This document shows, piece by piece, positions 27,125 through 36,749 of a stretch of 37,956 nt of DNA (the stretch's first letter is position 1; each line of letters starts with the position of its first letter). Origin of the DNA: a virus; UHGV virus genome UHGV-0192057; one strand, 5' to 3'. The notes beneath the pieces were generated by a model. The model ran no database searches, was not told where the DNA came from, and saw nothing but the letters and a program-made list of their open reading frames with translations. A program made the translations under genes and the position numbers.

Positions 27125-28728
27125 CACAGAAATACAAAACCATTATCACCACTGAGGGCCGCCGGAAGCTGGCCGAAGCCCTGAAGCCCGGTGGAAAAAA
27201 AGTCACCCTGGCAAAGATGCAGGTGGGCGACGGCAACGGCCAGGAAGTGGAGCCATCAGAAGGGCAAAAACAACTGGTGAAAAAAGTCTGGGAAGGGAAT
27301 ATCTCCAGCATCACACAGGATGCGGAGAATGAAAGCTTTGTCACCGCAGAGCTGGTTATTCCTGCTGACCAGGGCGGCTTCTGGGTGAGGGAGATTGGGT
27401 TATTTGATGATGAAGGTGCCCTGATTGCTGTTGGCAACGTAGCAGAAGGTTACAAACCGAAGCTGGAGGAAGGTTCAGGTCGGGAGCAGGTATTCAGGAT
27501 GGTTATTCTCCTGAGTAATATTTCTGCGCTGAATATTAAACTGGATCAGTCAGTTGTCATGGTCACAAAAGCCGCTCTGGATCAGGCCATCAAAGAACAT
27601 GAAAAAAGCGGCACCCACCAGTCTGCATCCACAAGCACAAAGGGATTTGTGCAACTGAGCAGTGCCACCGACAGTGACAGCGAAGAAACAGCCGCAACCT
27701 CTAAGGCCATCAAAACGCTGAAAGGAATGATTAATGAAAAATCTTCAGTCACTGACGCCACGACCAGCCAGAAAGGCATCGTCCGGCTGAGCAGCGAAAC
27801 GGGCAGCGCCGCCGAAAACGCCGCTGCAACACCAAAGGCAGTCCAGCTCACCATGCAGAAAGCCACTGAAGCCGAAAAACTGGCTGAACAGGCTAAACAG
27901 AGTGCACAGGCAGCAAGTGAGAAAGCCTCAACACTGGAGCAACAAATCAATGCCACAAACCAGACCGTACAACAACTTCAACAGTCAACACAAAGCGGAG
28001 CACAGAAGGCGAAATATACCGCGCTGACCGTTGATCTCAATACACTGGGAAAACCAGAACACCACGGGGATTACTATCAGTCGGCCAATAAAGATGCAAC
28101 CACCGCCATGCACTACCCCGTTGAACAGGCGGGATACCTGTCCGTGAAAATGGGAGCCTGGGGTTTCTGTCAACAGGAATACACTACATGGAACCCCATC
28201 AGGAAGTTTGTCAGGGCTGTCAACGGTAATTTCACCGGAAATGGTCCATGGACGGACTGGAAGGAACTGGGGGCCGAGGGGCCAGCGGGTCGACAAGGAC
28301 CTGCCGGGCCGACGGGGCCGACGGGACCGACGGGGCCGCAGGGGAACACCGGACCACGAGGTTTGCAGGGAGAAACAGGAAGACAGGGCCCGACAGGTCC
28401 ACAGGGCCCGACAGGTGAACCCGGACCACAGGGGCCAACCGGAAGGCTGGTACCCGGGGAAATTTACAGCATCGGAACATACATTATTGCCGCACTAGCC
28501 CCGTATATAACCGACATCGGCAGAACCTATCAGCCAGGAGAAACTGTATCGGGTTCACGCCTTAAGCGATGCGCCCTAATCAAAGACGAAAACGGAAACT
28601 ATATGAAAGCTAACACCGATGGCATTGACGGCAAACTATCCTCAGTTCCGGGCTCATGGATGGTGTGTAATGAAATTACGTCGACAAATGATAATGAAAG
28701 CATCGGGCTGTTCCAGCGCGCATACTGA
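27121..28728 (+). CDS. H: Tail fibre protein H (gpH) with collagen-like Gly-X-Y repeats
   Basis: ATG at 27121 overlapping the I stop; conserved N-terminus MTQKYKTIITTEGRRKLAEA; internal GPAGPTGPTGPTGPQGNTGPRGLQGETGRQGPTGPQGPTGEPGPQGPTG stretch; variable C-terminus. Confidence 0.85.
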   Translation: MTQKYKTIITTEGRRKLAEALKPGGKKVTLAKMQVGDGNGQEVEPSEGQKQLVKKVWEGNISSITQDAENESFVTAELVIPADQGGFWVREIGLFDDEGALIAVGNVAEGYKPKLEEGSGREQVFRMVILLSNISALNIKLDQSVVMVTKAALDQAIKEHEKSGTHQSASTSTKGFVQLSSATDSDSEETAATSKAIKTLKGMINEKSSVTDATTSQKGIVRLSSETGSAAENAAATPKAVQLTMQKATEAEKLAEQAKQSAQAASEKASTLEQQINATNQTVQQLQQSTQSGAQKAKYTALTVDLNTLGKPEHHGDYYQSANKDATTAMHYPVEQAGYLSVKMGAWGFCQQEYTTWNPIRKFVRAVNGNFTGNGPWTDWKELGAEGPAGRQGPAGPTGPTGPTGPQGNTGPRGLQGETGRQGPTGPQGPTGEPGPQGPTGRLVPGEIYSIGTYIIAALAPYITDIGRTYQPGETVSGSRLKRCALIKDENGNYMKANTDGIDGKLSSVPGSWMVCNEITSTNDNESIGLFQRAY

Positions 28729-28747
28729 CAGACAGGAGATGACATGA

Positions 28748-29347
28748 ATGTGGAAAAAAATAAGCAATCCGCAATGGGCAGATAAAGATCACACTGCTGT
28801 CAATTGCATGGTGAAGTTTGAGCACATTGAGCAGGCGGTTCCTTTCACTGCAACAGCCAGCGATACCGAAGCATACGGGCGGGATATTTATGCCGCTTGT
28901 CTGAGAGGAGAGGCCGGTGAAATTGCAGAATATGTACAGCCATCCATCAGCCCGGAAAAAGCCAGAGAACTCAAAACCGCCGGGATCAACGCCTGGCGGA
29001 ACAGAATGGAATCAGCCAGTTATATTTTCAGCTTTAATGGCCGTAACTGGGATTATGGAAAGGAAACACAGGATCGCCTTGGCCCATCAGTTATCGCAGC
29101 AAAAGAAGGCAATCTCCCGGAGAAGTTTTTCTGGACAGACGCAGACAACAACGACGTCCCCATGACTGCGGAAGAACTGATTGCGCTGAGTGAAGCCGCG
29201 CAACAGGCAATGTTCGCGAAGGGAATGGAAATTCATGTGCGCCAGCGCAACATGAAAAAAGAGATTGCAGAACTTCAGGATGCGGAGGCCATTCAGCGTT
29301 ACGTTGTGGGCTGGCCCACAACGGAAGAACCCGCCACCGAAAGATGA
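28748..29347 (+). CDS. G: Tail fibre assembly chaperone (gpG)
   Basis: 199 aa immediately after H; Tfa-like. Confidence 0.8.
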   Translation: MWKKISNPQWADKDHTAVNCMVKFEHIEQAVPFTATASDTEAYGRDIYAACLRGEAGEIAEYVQPSISPEKARELKTAGINAWRNRMESASYIFSFNGRNWDYGKETQDRLGPSVIAAKEGNLPEKFFWTDADNNDVPMTAEELIALSEAAQQAMFAKGMEIHVRQRNMKKEIAELQDAEAIQRYVVGWPTTEEPATER

Positions 29348-29355
29348 ACAGCAAA

Positions 29356-29377
29356 AACGCCCTGACACCAGGGCGTT
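29356..29377. terminator. Bidirectional rho-independent terminator between convergent G and U
   Basis: aacgccctg-acac-cagggcgtt 9-bp stem flanked by an A-run upstream and a T-rich run downstream. Confidence 0.55.
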
Positions 29378-29382
29378 ATTAT

Positions 29383-29856
29383 TTAAACCGGAATGGACAG
29401 ATTATTCAGGGCACCTTTGACGTTATTCGCAAGATCACCAAGCGACGAGGACTGAAGACGTTCACGCAGATCTTCATCCACACGCTCAAAAGTGACAGTA
29501 AACTCAATCTTTCTTGCCCGACCATAGCGATCAAGTTCAGAGCGGGTGGTGTTAAGCCCGGTAATGACATACATCCCGTAAATCTGCCCTACCCCATCAA
29601 TCAGCGGCCATGGTCGCCCGACGTAAGCCTGGCTGGTCAGTGCGGTCAGGGAGACTTCACCGCCCGTAATTTCCGGGTAGAGCAAACCCGAAAGCGTGAT
29701 GGTATCGTCACCCGCGCCGATATACTGCCAGCTGGCTGAGCGGTTGATTCGCTCGTTCTTTACATGCCTCCAGTTACGGGACTGTTGTATTTGTTGGTGT
29801 GGCAGTGTGCTTAACTGAAAAACAAACATGCCGTAAATCATCATCATAACCATCAC
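29383..29856 (-). CDS. U: Tail protein U (gpU)
   Basis: 157 aa; N-terminus MMVMMMIYGMFVFQLSTLPHQ and core (WPLIDGVGQIYGMYVITG) match P2 gpU from memory. Confidence 0.85.
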   Translation of the reverse strand: MMVMMMIYGMFVFQLSTLPHQQIQQSRNWRHVKNERINRSASWQYIGAGDDTITLSGLLYPEITGGEVSLTALTSQAYVGRPWPLIDGVGQIYGMYVITGLNTTRSELDRYGRARKIEFTVTFERVDEDLRERLQSSSLGDLANNVKGALNNLSIPV

Positions 29857-29858
29857 TC

Positions 29859-32744
29859 CTAATCACGATCGCGGAAACTGTTCATACCGCCGGATTGTCT
29901 GCGAATTTCTTCCCGTACCGCCTCCCCCACCATTCTGGCAAGGTCGCGAGGGTTCTGCGTAACCACGTTGTGAAGGTGAACATGAATATCACCACCGTAC
30001 ACAGACGGCGGTTCAGGAGAGCGCGAAGGCCCCCGGGGTGTCGGGGACACCGGATCCCACCGCTTAACCTCCACAGGACGGGAAGAATCCGGGGAAACCG
30101 CCGGAGACACAGGCGAAAACGCTGGCATAAGCGGAAGCCCGGGTGCAACAGTCGGTTCATTCCACTGCCCGCGAACAGCCAGCGCACGGGGGAGATTTTT
30201 AAACACGATATCGCCAGGACCGATACGCTTGCGGGCTTCCTGAAGCATACCCGACGTATTACCCTCGATACCTTTGAGCCTGCGAAGAACGCCACTGGTG
30301 CCGTCGTTTATGACAGAAGGCTTGCCACCATTATTACCTTTATCATTGCCATCAACTGGCTTAGCGGGCGAGATAATGGCATTAACATCCCCCTGAAGCA
30401 GGGAGAGCTTGCCCTGAAGAAGCGAAGCCCGCTGTGCATCCTCCAGTTTCCGGCGCGCCCTTTCAGCTTCATCAGGCAGCACGCCAAGCTTTTCCAGTAC
30501 CCAGGCAAGTCCATCCATCAGCGCCTTCAGCGGCGTAAGCGCAAGCGATATCGCCCCACTAAGTACACGACCGAAGCTTTCTCCCGCAGACGTACACCGT
30601 TCAAGAGATTCGTTGCTGGCCTGAACAGGCGTGAGTAACCGGGTAAACCAGTCAAACACCGTGGACACCGCACCCGACACCAGATCAAACAACGGCGCAA
30701 ACTGAGCAATACTTTCACGAACAGGCGCAAGGCCAGCCCACAGCGACCGGAATGTGCCGAGCATGAACGCCTTAACCTGTTCCCAGTGACGCCATATGAG
30801 CAGCGCCCCACCGGCAAGAGCAGCAATCACGAGACCAACAGGACTGAGAAGACCGGAAAGCACCCCGCCCAGCACAGAAACCGCACCGGAGACCATCCCC
30901 CACAGTGCCGGAAGGCCGGACAGGCGAAGAGCAAGACCACCAACACCGTTTGTAAGCGAGGACAGCCCGCCACCAAGAAGCGCAGAGCCAAGCTGAAGTT
31001 TTGCAAAAATCCCCGTCAGTAACCCACCTCCGACAGACAACGCACCAATGGCCGTTGTGGCCGCAAGCACGCCACCCACGGTAAGGGTCAGCGTGCGTAC
31101 AAGCTGCGGGTTTTCCTGAACCCACGACCTGAAGCGTTCACCCACAGAAGCAACAGCCTGTACAAGCTCGCGGATATCATCAGTAACCAGCGACACAACA
31201 TCACTGCGAATACCGGAGAAAATGCCGGACAGACGATCGGTGTCGCCGCCGAGGTTGTCACGCAGAACATCCCCCATTCGCCGGGCGGTTCCCTGAACCA
31301 GCCCCATACGGTCAGATACCGTTGCAAGCGACCGGAGAAAATCCGGGATCTGGTCAACAGCCAGATCTTCAATGGGTGTGCCGAACAGCGCTATCGCCGC
31401 ATTGGCCCGTTCTGCAGGATCCTGAATCTGTAACAGACCTGACGCGGTGCGACGCATCGCTTCACGCGCGGCCGCGCCGCCACTGGCGATCGCTGACGAC
31501 ATTCTTTCAGCGTTAAGGCCAATCAGCTCATAGGCTTCAACGCTGGATTTGGACATATCCGAGCCGCGAATACTGAATTCTTTGACAGCATCGCCGGTTT
31601 TATCCAGGGCGAATTTCCCCTGCTGCGCCATGCTGACAAGCAGCGTCATGGTTTCAGAGCCGGATAGCCCCATATTGCGGAAATGCGTGGAATACTCATG
31701 CAGAATTTCAGGAAGTTCGCCGCGCATTTCGGCAGACATTTTCTGCATCCCTGCCGCCATCAGGTCGACGGCCTCACCTGCATTTGCGGCAAGCCCGTTT
31801 TTCAGCATAATGCCAGCAGCCTGAACCTGTTCAGCCACATTACCGCCGGTGACCTGAGCAAGATCGATTGCCTGCCGTGTCACCCTTTCCAGTTCTTCAG
31901 TCCCTACGGTACCCAGTGCGCCAAGCGTGCTTTGCGCCGCAGCTGCTGCTTCCGAAATCATCGCGATATCCGTGGCCGCACCTGACGCACGGATGCTCTG
32001 AATCATACGGCTGTAGCGCTGGCCGTCTTCTGCGCTGCCGCCACTCTGTGCCGCAATGAGCGCACCCTGCCGTTGCTCTTCAACAACAGGTGCAACCGCG
32101 CGACCGGCAGCATACAGACCGGCACTGCCAGCCGCCATGGCAACAGCACCGCGCTGACTGAGCTTACCGGCAATATCCTGAACACGGTCATAGCGTTGCT
32201 GCGCCTGCGTGACGCGTGCAAGCTGGCCCCGCTGGCGTTCGAGCTGATCGTTGTATTCCTGCGTCCGCCTGATTGCCCTCTCGACCGCACGGTTACTTCC
32301 GTCCGCCCGTATACCGTGAGATTCCAGTTCGCGACTGGCTTCGCTAAGTCGGGATTTGTGGAGGGAATAAACCGTATTAAGGCGATCAATCTTCACAGTC
32401 ATCGAGCGGATAGCTTCCTGCTGTTTTTCCGTTAGTGTTGTGCCTGTACGCTGGGCCTCCTGGAGGCGCTGAAGTCGCGCACGCGCCTCGTTCAGACTGT
32501 TTTCAGTCGAGGTCACCTGCTGGCGGGCACGGGAAAACGCATCACTGCTTCGCTGGAGTGACTTAAGAGCGTTCTGCGTGGAGGAAAGAGATTCGGAAAG
32601 CGCGCCGGTCATTTCCCGGGCGCGCCTGACGGGTTGAGTGAGACGGTCGACCGCAGTAAGGGCTACACGTATCTGGAGATTATTACTCATCGTTATGATT
32701 CCCGGTTCTGACGGCCGCCCGTTCTCGCCAGGCAACCAGTTCAC
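29859..32744 (-). CDS. T: Tail tape measure protein (gpT)
   Basis: 961 aa, alpha-helical N-terminus, Gly/Ala-rich hydrophobic central region; GTG start at 32744 overlaps the E' stop (GTGA); an internal ATG near 32690 is an alternative start. Confidence 0.88.
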   Translation of the reverse strand: MNWLPGENGRPSEPGIITMSNNLQIRVALTAVDRLTQPVRRAREMTGALSESLSSTQNALKSLQRSSDAFSRARQQVTSTENSLNEARARLQRLQEAQRTGTTLTEKQQEAIRSMTVKIDRLNTVYSLHKSRLSEASRELESHGIRADGSNRAVERAIRRTQEYNDQLERQRGQLARVTQAQQRYDRVQDIAGKLSQRGAVAMAAGSAGLYAAGRAVAPVVEEQRQGALIAAQSGGSAEDGQRYSRMIQSIRASGAATDIAMISEAAAAAQSTLGALGTVGTEELERVTRQAIDLAQVTGGNVAEQVQAAGIMLKNGLAANAGEAVDLMAAGMQKMSAEMRGELPEILHEYSTHFRNMGLSGSETMTLLVSMAQQGKFALDKTGDAVKEFSIRGSDMSKSSVEAYELIGLNAERMSSAIASGGAAAREAMRRTASGLLQIQDPAERANAAIALFGTPIEDLAVDQIPDFLRSLATVSDRMGLVQGTARRMGDVLRDNLGGDTDRLSGIFSGIRSDVVSLVTDDIRELVQAVASVGERFRSWVQENPQLVRTLTLTVGGVLAATTAIGALSVGGGLLTGIFAKLQLGSALLGGGLSSLTNGVGGLALRLSGLPALWGMVSGAVSVLGGVLSGLLSPVGLVIAALAGGALLIWRHWEQVKAFMLGTFRSLWAGLAPVRESIAQFAPLFDLVSGAVSTVFDWFTRLLTPVQASNESLERCTSAGESFGRVLSGAISLALTPLKALMDGLAWVLEKLGVLPDEAERARRKLEDAQRASLLQGKLSLLQGDVNAIISPAKPVDGNDKGNNGGKPSVINDGTSGVLRRLKGIEGNTSGMLQEARKRIGPGDIVFKNLPRALAVRGQWNEPTVAPGLPLMPAFSPVSPAVSPDSSRPVEVKRWDPVSPTPRGPSRSPEPPSVYGGDIHVHLHNVVTQNPRDLARMVGEAVREEIRRQSGGMNSFRDRD

Positions 32745-32837
32745 CGGGAGTCATCACAAAGATTTCAGAGGGCGACCAGTGAAATACAACGGCTATATCA
32801 GCGACAATATCTTCAACGTAATCAAAAGCAAGAAGCG

Positions 32838-33218
32838 TTACGCGCCGCCCGCCTCCTGCGCCTTCTTCGCTGACGAGGGAAGCAAAAAACCGACTGCCAC
32901 CTCGTACAGTTTAAAGAAGTCTTCCGGGCACATTGACATAAGTGCCGCGCGGCTGAGGTGAGGTTCAGTTACGCGTTCCAGAAAAATGGCGGCAGCATCA
33001 ACATCGGTGTTGAACAGGTCCGTCATGCGGATCCCTCGAAGCGAGCCCACCTGACGCGCAAGCGCCCCAATCTTCACGCTGGAAACCGTCTTATTACCGC
33101 AGACAACAGGAACCCTGAGATTAACCGTGTCATTTGCGATCGCCTCTGCGTTTTCCGTGTCGCCATTCGTCACAGCATCTGTGTCATTCGTCACGATATT
33201 TTCTTCAGTCTGATCCAT
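32838..33218 (-). CDS. E: Tail assembly chaperone E (gpE); E+E' frameshift product would extend to about 32740
   Basis: 126 aa upstream of T. Slippery TTTTTTG near the 3' end (minus strand, plus coordinates 32883-32889); the -1 frame stays open for about 50 codons and ends at TGA overlapping the T start. Confidence 0.75.
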   Translation of the reverse strand: MDQTEENIVTNDTDAVTNGDTENAEAIANDTVNLRVPVVCGNKTVSSVKIGALARQVGSLRGIRMTDLFNTDVDAAAIFLERVTEPHLSRAALMSMCPEDFFKLYEVAVGFLLPSSAKKAQEAGGA

Positions 33219-33269
33219 TATTTTTCTCCCGGGGCAACAGGACGCCGCCCCTGTTATCAGATTTAACTA

Positions 33270-33782
33270 TCAGCCAAGCCCCAGCATGGAGCGGGTGCGG
33301 TCAGGAAGAACATCATTACCATCAATGCGCCAGATGAAGTTCAGCACGTCGATTTCAATAACATCGCTGTTATCAACGCTGAGCTTGTACCAGGTGCATT
33401 TCATCGCATAGGTATGTTCGGTATCTTCACCCTGTTTGGCCTCGCCCTTGTCGATTTCGACAATGCGACCACGGGCTTCAATATCGACGTACTCAATCCC
33501 TTCTTCGGAATAGTATTCACCCGAGAAGCGAACACGCACGGCATCAATACCGGCGGCGTATTTAGCAAAGATGTGACGATCGACGCCACCAACCGCAAAG
33601 GAGAGATCCAGTGCACCATCATCAAGACCGAGATCCACCGACGCAGAGCCAGGCATACCCGCCCCGCGATACGACTCTGTTTTGCGGGTCAGTTTTGGCG
33701 GGGTAAAAGACGTCACCTTGCCCAGCTTGTTGTCACCGTCCACAAAGACGGTAAACACACGAAGTTTTTTTGGTACGGCCAT
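33270..33782 (-). CDS. FII: Tail tube protein (gpFII)
   Basis: 170 aa; P2 FII-like (MAVPKKLRVFTVFVDGDNKLGKVTSFTPP...). Confidence 0.9.
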   Translation of the reverse strand: MAVPKKLRVFTVFVDGDNKLGKVTSFTPPKLTRKTESYRGAGMPGSASVDLGLDDGALDLSFAVGGVDRHIFAKYAAGIDAVRVRFSGEYYSEEGIEYVDIEARGRIVEIDKGEAKQGEDTEHTYAMKCTWYKLSVDNSDVIEIDVLNFIWRIDGNDVLPDRTRSMLGLG

Positions 33783-34987
33783 TAGCTACCTCCAAGAGAT
33801 GCAAAAGCAGAGCCAAAGAACTCGTCGGTAAACGTCTGATAGAGTTCCATACATTCCATCGGTGGTACGGGCGTGTATTTGTAGCGAATACGCACAATGC
33901 CCTGACGAAGACTGGTTGTATTGTTGTCGACAATATCGAACCAGCATTCCGCCCCAATGAGTTTTCCGGCTGTCACCAGTGCATCCAGCTTTGCCTTGAT
34001 AGCGCTCACGGCATCCTTAGCATTGGCAGGCGTAAGCGGTGAATCCACTATCTGAAGTTGCGCCTCCGCAATGGTGTCAGCCAGTTGCTGCGCCGTACGT
34101 GTGTACACCTCAAAGATGTACTCCGCAGTTTCCGGCGTACGGTTACCCCAGAAACGGAAGGAGCCGTCGCCCTGGTGAATAAGAGTGGTCACCTCGCTGT
34201 TGTTCAGCGTGTTGGCATCGCTGTTTTCATCCTGAAGTGACCAGGAAACAGACGCTGACACCCCAAGAACATTTTTCACAGGCATGTTAGAAAGGGAGCG
34301 ATGCCAGCCCTGTTCATGGTCGAGTCGGGCACGAAGACCGCACGCATACGCCGCAGCCGGGAAGGTTTCGTTTTTACCGGACACCGGGTTGAACGCAATG
34401 AAATCAGGCCACAGAAGCATGATTTCGCGACCGGAAATCTTTTTACGGAACGCAATAGCATCGGACGGTTTTGTGCAGCCAGGGCAGCCGGAATACGCAA
34501 ATGCGCGCATTTTTCCGGCAACAGTCACCAGTGCAGCCGTGACAGCATCCGATTCAAGGCCCGGAGCGGCAAGAATGCGGGGTCGGCAACCAATACCTTC
34601 CATCTGTTCGGCAACCAGAAGCGCCTGCATACCGCTGTAGCTTCCGTCTTCTTCCGTGGTACCAATGACCAGTTGATCCTGTGTTTTATTCTCAGCCCCC
34701 TCTTTTGCCGCCTCCACGCGAACGACAATCACCCGTGTACTGACCTGGTCAGATATCGCTTTAAGGGCCTTATAAAGCGTGCCCGCTTTCCCGGCCTTCC
34801 CCAGAACAGAAGATACACGGGTAATCAGCACTGGCTTGTTAAGGGGGAACTGCCCGGTATCCGCATCATCTGCAACGGCAACAATACCAATGACGCTGGA
34901 ATCAACGTCATTAATGGCCGTCACAAGGTCGGTATTCTCCGTGACGCGCACACCGTGAAATCGTTTTTCAGCCATACGATTCACCAT
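33782..34987 (-). CDS. FI: Contractile tail sheath protein (gpFI)
   Basis: 401 aa; P2 FI-like. Confidence 0.93.
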   Translation of the reverse strand: MVNRMAEKRFHGVRVTENTDLVTAINDVDSSVIGIVAVADDADTGQFPLNKPVLITRVSSVLGKAGKAGTLYKALKAISDQVSTRVIVVRVEAAKEGAENKTQDQLVIGTTEEDGSYSGMQALLVAEQMEGIGCRPRILAAPGLESDAVTAALVTVAGKMRAFAYSGCPGCTKPSDAIAFRKKISGREIMLLWPDFIAFNPVSGKNETFPAAAYACGLRARLDHEQGWHRSLSNMPVKNVLGVSASVSWSLQDENSDANTLNNSEVTTLIHQGDGSFRFWGNRTPETAEYIFEVYTRTAQQLADTIAEAQLQIVDSPLTPANAKDAVSAIKAKLDALVTAGKLIGAECWFDIVDNNTTSLRQGIVRIRYKYTPVPPMECMELYQTFTDEFFGSAFASLGGS

Positions 34988-35050
34988 CAGTTGTGTTTAT
35001 GCTCGCCTGAATAATCCACCATTGGCGCACAGCCATCACCTGATGCGGGC

Positions 35051-35068
35051 TGTGGGGATTTTTTTACA
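35051..35068. promoter_or_regulatory. Ogr-type activator box (TGT-N12-ACA) in the divergent FI/D intergenic region
   Basis: tgt-ggggattttttt-aca; about 55 bp from plausible transcription starts for both FI (minus) and D (plus). Confidence 0.5.
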
Positions 35069-35128
35069 ACAGAGCCAGACAGAAACGACAAGGTACGCGT
35101 GGGATGATACGCACACGGGAGGGATATC

Positions 35129-36274
35129 ATGAGCATCACTGAATCAGTAACACATCACATCAACAGCGCACTGGATGCAGCGGAAGATACCGTTAGGGTG
35201 CCAGACTTCACTATCACACTGGAAGGGAAAGATGCCAGCCTGAAGAACATCACGCAGCGCATCATGAGCCTGACCATGACAGACAACAGGGGTTTTGAGG
35301 CTGACAGGGTGACACTGGAAATCGACGACGCCGACGGCGGGGTGGTACTTCCGGAACGCGGAACACGATTATCGCTGGCGATGGGGTGGAAAGGTGAAAG
35401 CCTCACTCGCAAGGGGACGTTTGTGGTGGACGAAGTGAGCCACGAAGGTCCGCCGGATAAGCTGACCATATCCGCGAACAGTGCGGATTTTCGCGAAGAG
35501 TTTAACGTGAAACGCGAAGTCTCCTGGCATGACGTGACCGTTGAGCGTGTGGTATCTGCCATCGCGCACCGTTACGGACTGAAAGCACAAATCAGCGAAA
35601 TGCTGATGAATATCGAAATCGACCATGCAGACCAGACAGAGGAAAGCGACATCTCGTTCCTCACGCGTATGGCTGACATGCTGGGTGCAATAACCACCGT
35701 AAAAAACGGGAGCCTGCTGTTCATTCTGCCGGGTGGCGGTGTGACAGCCAGCGGGCGCGCCCTCCCCTCATTCGCCCTGACCCGCTCGGATGGCGACAGT
35801 CATCGCTTTCGCATTGCTGACAGAAAAGCCTATACCGGAGTGAAAGCTTACTGGCTGGATTTAAAGTTCGGCCAGAAGAAGGCCGTGAACGTGAAAAAGC
35901 GAAACGCGAAAACCACACAGAAGCCGGAGAAAAGCAGTTCACGGGAGGGTGGATACATGGAAGGCGCAGAAGGCAATGTATATGTGCTGAGAAAAACCTA
36001 CCCGAACGAAGAAGCCGCGCGTCGCGCAGCTGCCGCACGCTGGCAGCAACTTCAGCGGGGTGCAGCAGAATTCAGCATCACGCTGGCGCGCGGACGCGCC
36101 GACCTGTATCCGGAGATGCACGGCACGGTATCCGGGTTCAAGAGCGATATTGACAATCAGGACTGGGTTATTTCGCGCATTGAGCACGTCATCGACGACA
36201 GCGGCTTCACCACCAGACTGGAGCTGGAAGCAAAAATCGCAGACTGGATAGCAGAGCGCGCCACAACTGGCTAG
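35129..36274 (+). CDS. D: Late control / tail protein D (gpD)
   Basis: 381 aa with GGGAGGG upstream; P2 gpD-like; followed by ogr. Confidence 0.9.
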   Translation: MSITESVTHHINSALDAAEDTVRVPDFTITLEGKDASLKNITQRIMSLTMTDNRGFEADRVTLEIDDADGGVVLPERGTRLSLAMGWKGESLTRKGTFVVDEVSHEGPPDKLTISANSADFREEFNVKREVSWHDVTVERVVSAIAHRYGLKAQISEMLMNIEIDHADQTEESDISFLTRMADMLGAITTVKNGSLLFILPGGGVTASGRALPSFALTRSDGDSHRFRIADRKAYTGVKAYWLDLKFGQKKAVNVKKRNAKTTQKPEKSSSREGGYMEGAEGNVYVLRKTYPNEEAARRAAAARWQQLQRGAAEFSITLARGRADLYPEMHGTVSGFKSDIDNQDWVISRIEHVIDDSGFTTRLELEAKIADWIAERATTG

Positions 36275-36315
36275 AATGAGCGCGAGCCCACCCCGTTTCA
36301 GCCTGGGGGACCATC

Positions 36316-36618
36316 ATGCATCCTTGCCCATACTGCGGAGCAAGTACCCGCACCAGAACAAGCCGCGACGCCAACGATACAGGAACAATCAGGGAGAAAT
36401 ATTACCAGTGCAACAACATTGAATGCAGCGCCACCTTTGTGACGCACGAGTTTGTCGTGAGAACCGTATGCCGTCCGCAACCCACCGAAGAACGGGGAGT
36501 CGTCCCCGCAGACGCTTTCAAATCATGCCACCGGGGAAGGGATCAACTCAGCCTCCCCCTGGGCGATTGCGCCTCCCAGTCAAAAACTGTACATTACGCG
36601 CGGGTGCCTTTCGGCTGA
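36316..36618 (+). CDS. ogr: Ogr/Delta-family zinc-finger late transcription activator (3' end uncertain)
   Basis: N-terminus MHPCPYCGASTRTRTSRDANDTGTIREKYYQCNNIECSATFVTHE carries the C-x2-C...C-x4-C Ogr zinc finger. The open frame runs to 100 aa versus about 72 in P2. Confidence 0.8.
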   Translation: MHPCPYCGASTRTRTSRDANDTGTIREKYYQCNNIECSATFVTHEFVVRTVCRPQPTEERGVVPADAFKSCHRGRDQLSLPLGDCASQSKTVHYARVPFG

Positions 36619-36749
36619 CGGCTGGAAGGATTACCTGAAGGCCGGATGTGGAAAGGCCCCGAGTCAAACATATTGTTTAACCCGAGGCCCTGACCATCTA
36701 ACCGTGACAAGTGGAAGGTTAGCGCCTCTTTGAAAAAGGAGCAAGCGCT

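Noticed and set aside
28290-28440. Short tandem repeats that could be mistaken for a CRISPR-like or VNTR array
   Set aside because: They sit in-frame inside tail fibre gene H and encode Gly-X-Y collagen-like repeats; no spacer/repeat alternation and no cas genes.
29895-30638. 247-aa plus-strand ORF inside the tape-measure gene, and similar shadow ORFs across 30300-32400
   Set aside because: Highly Arg-rich translation antisense to the T gene; typical shadow frames of a long GC-rich gene.
34301-35014. 237-aa plus-strand ORF antisense to tail sheath gene FI
   Set aside because: Lies fully within FI on the opposite strand; FI is strongly supported.
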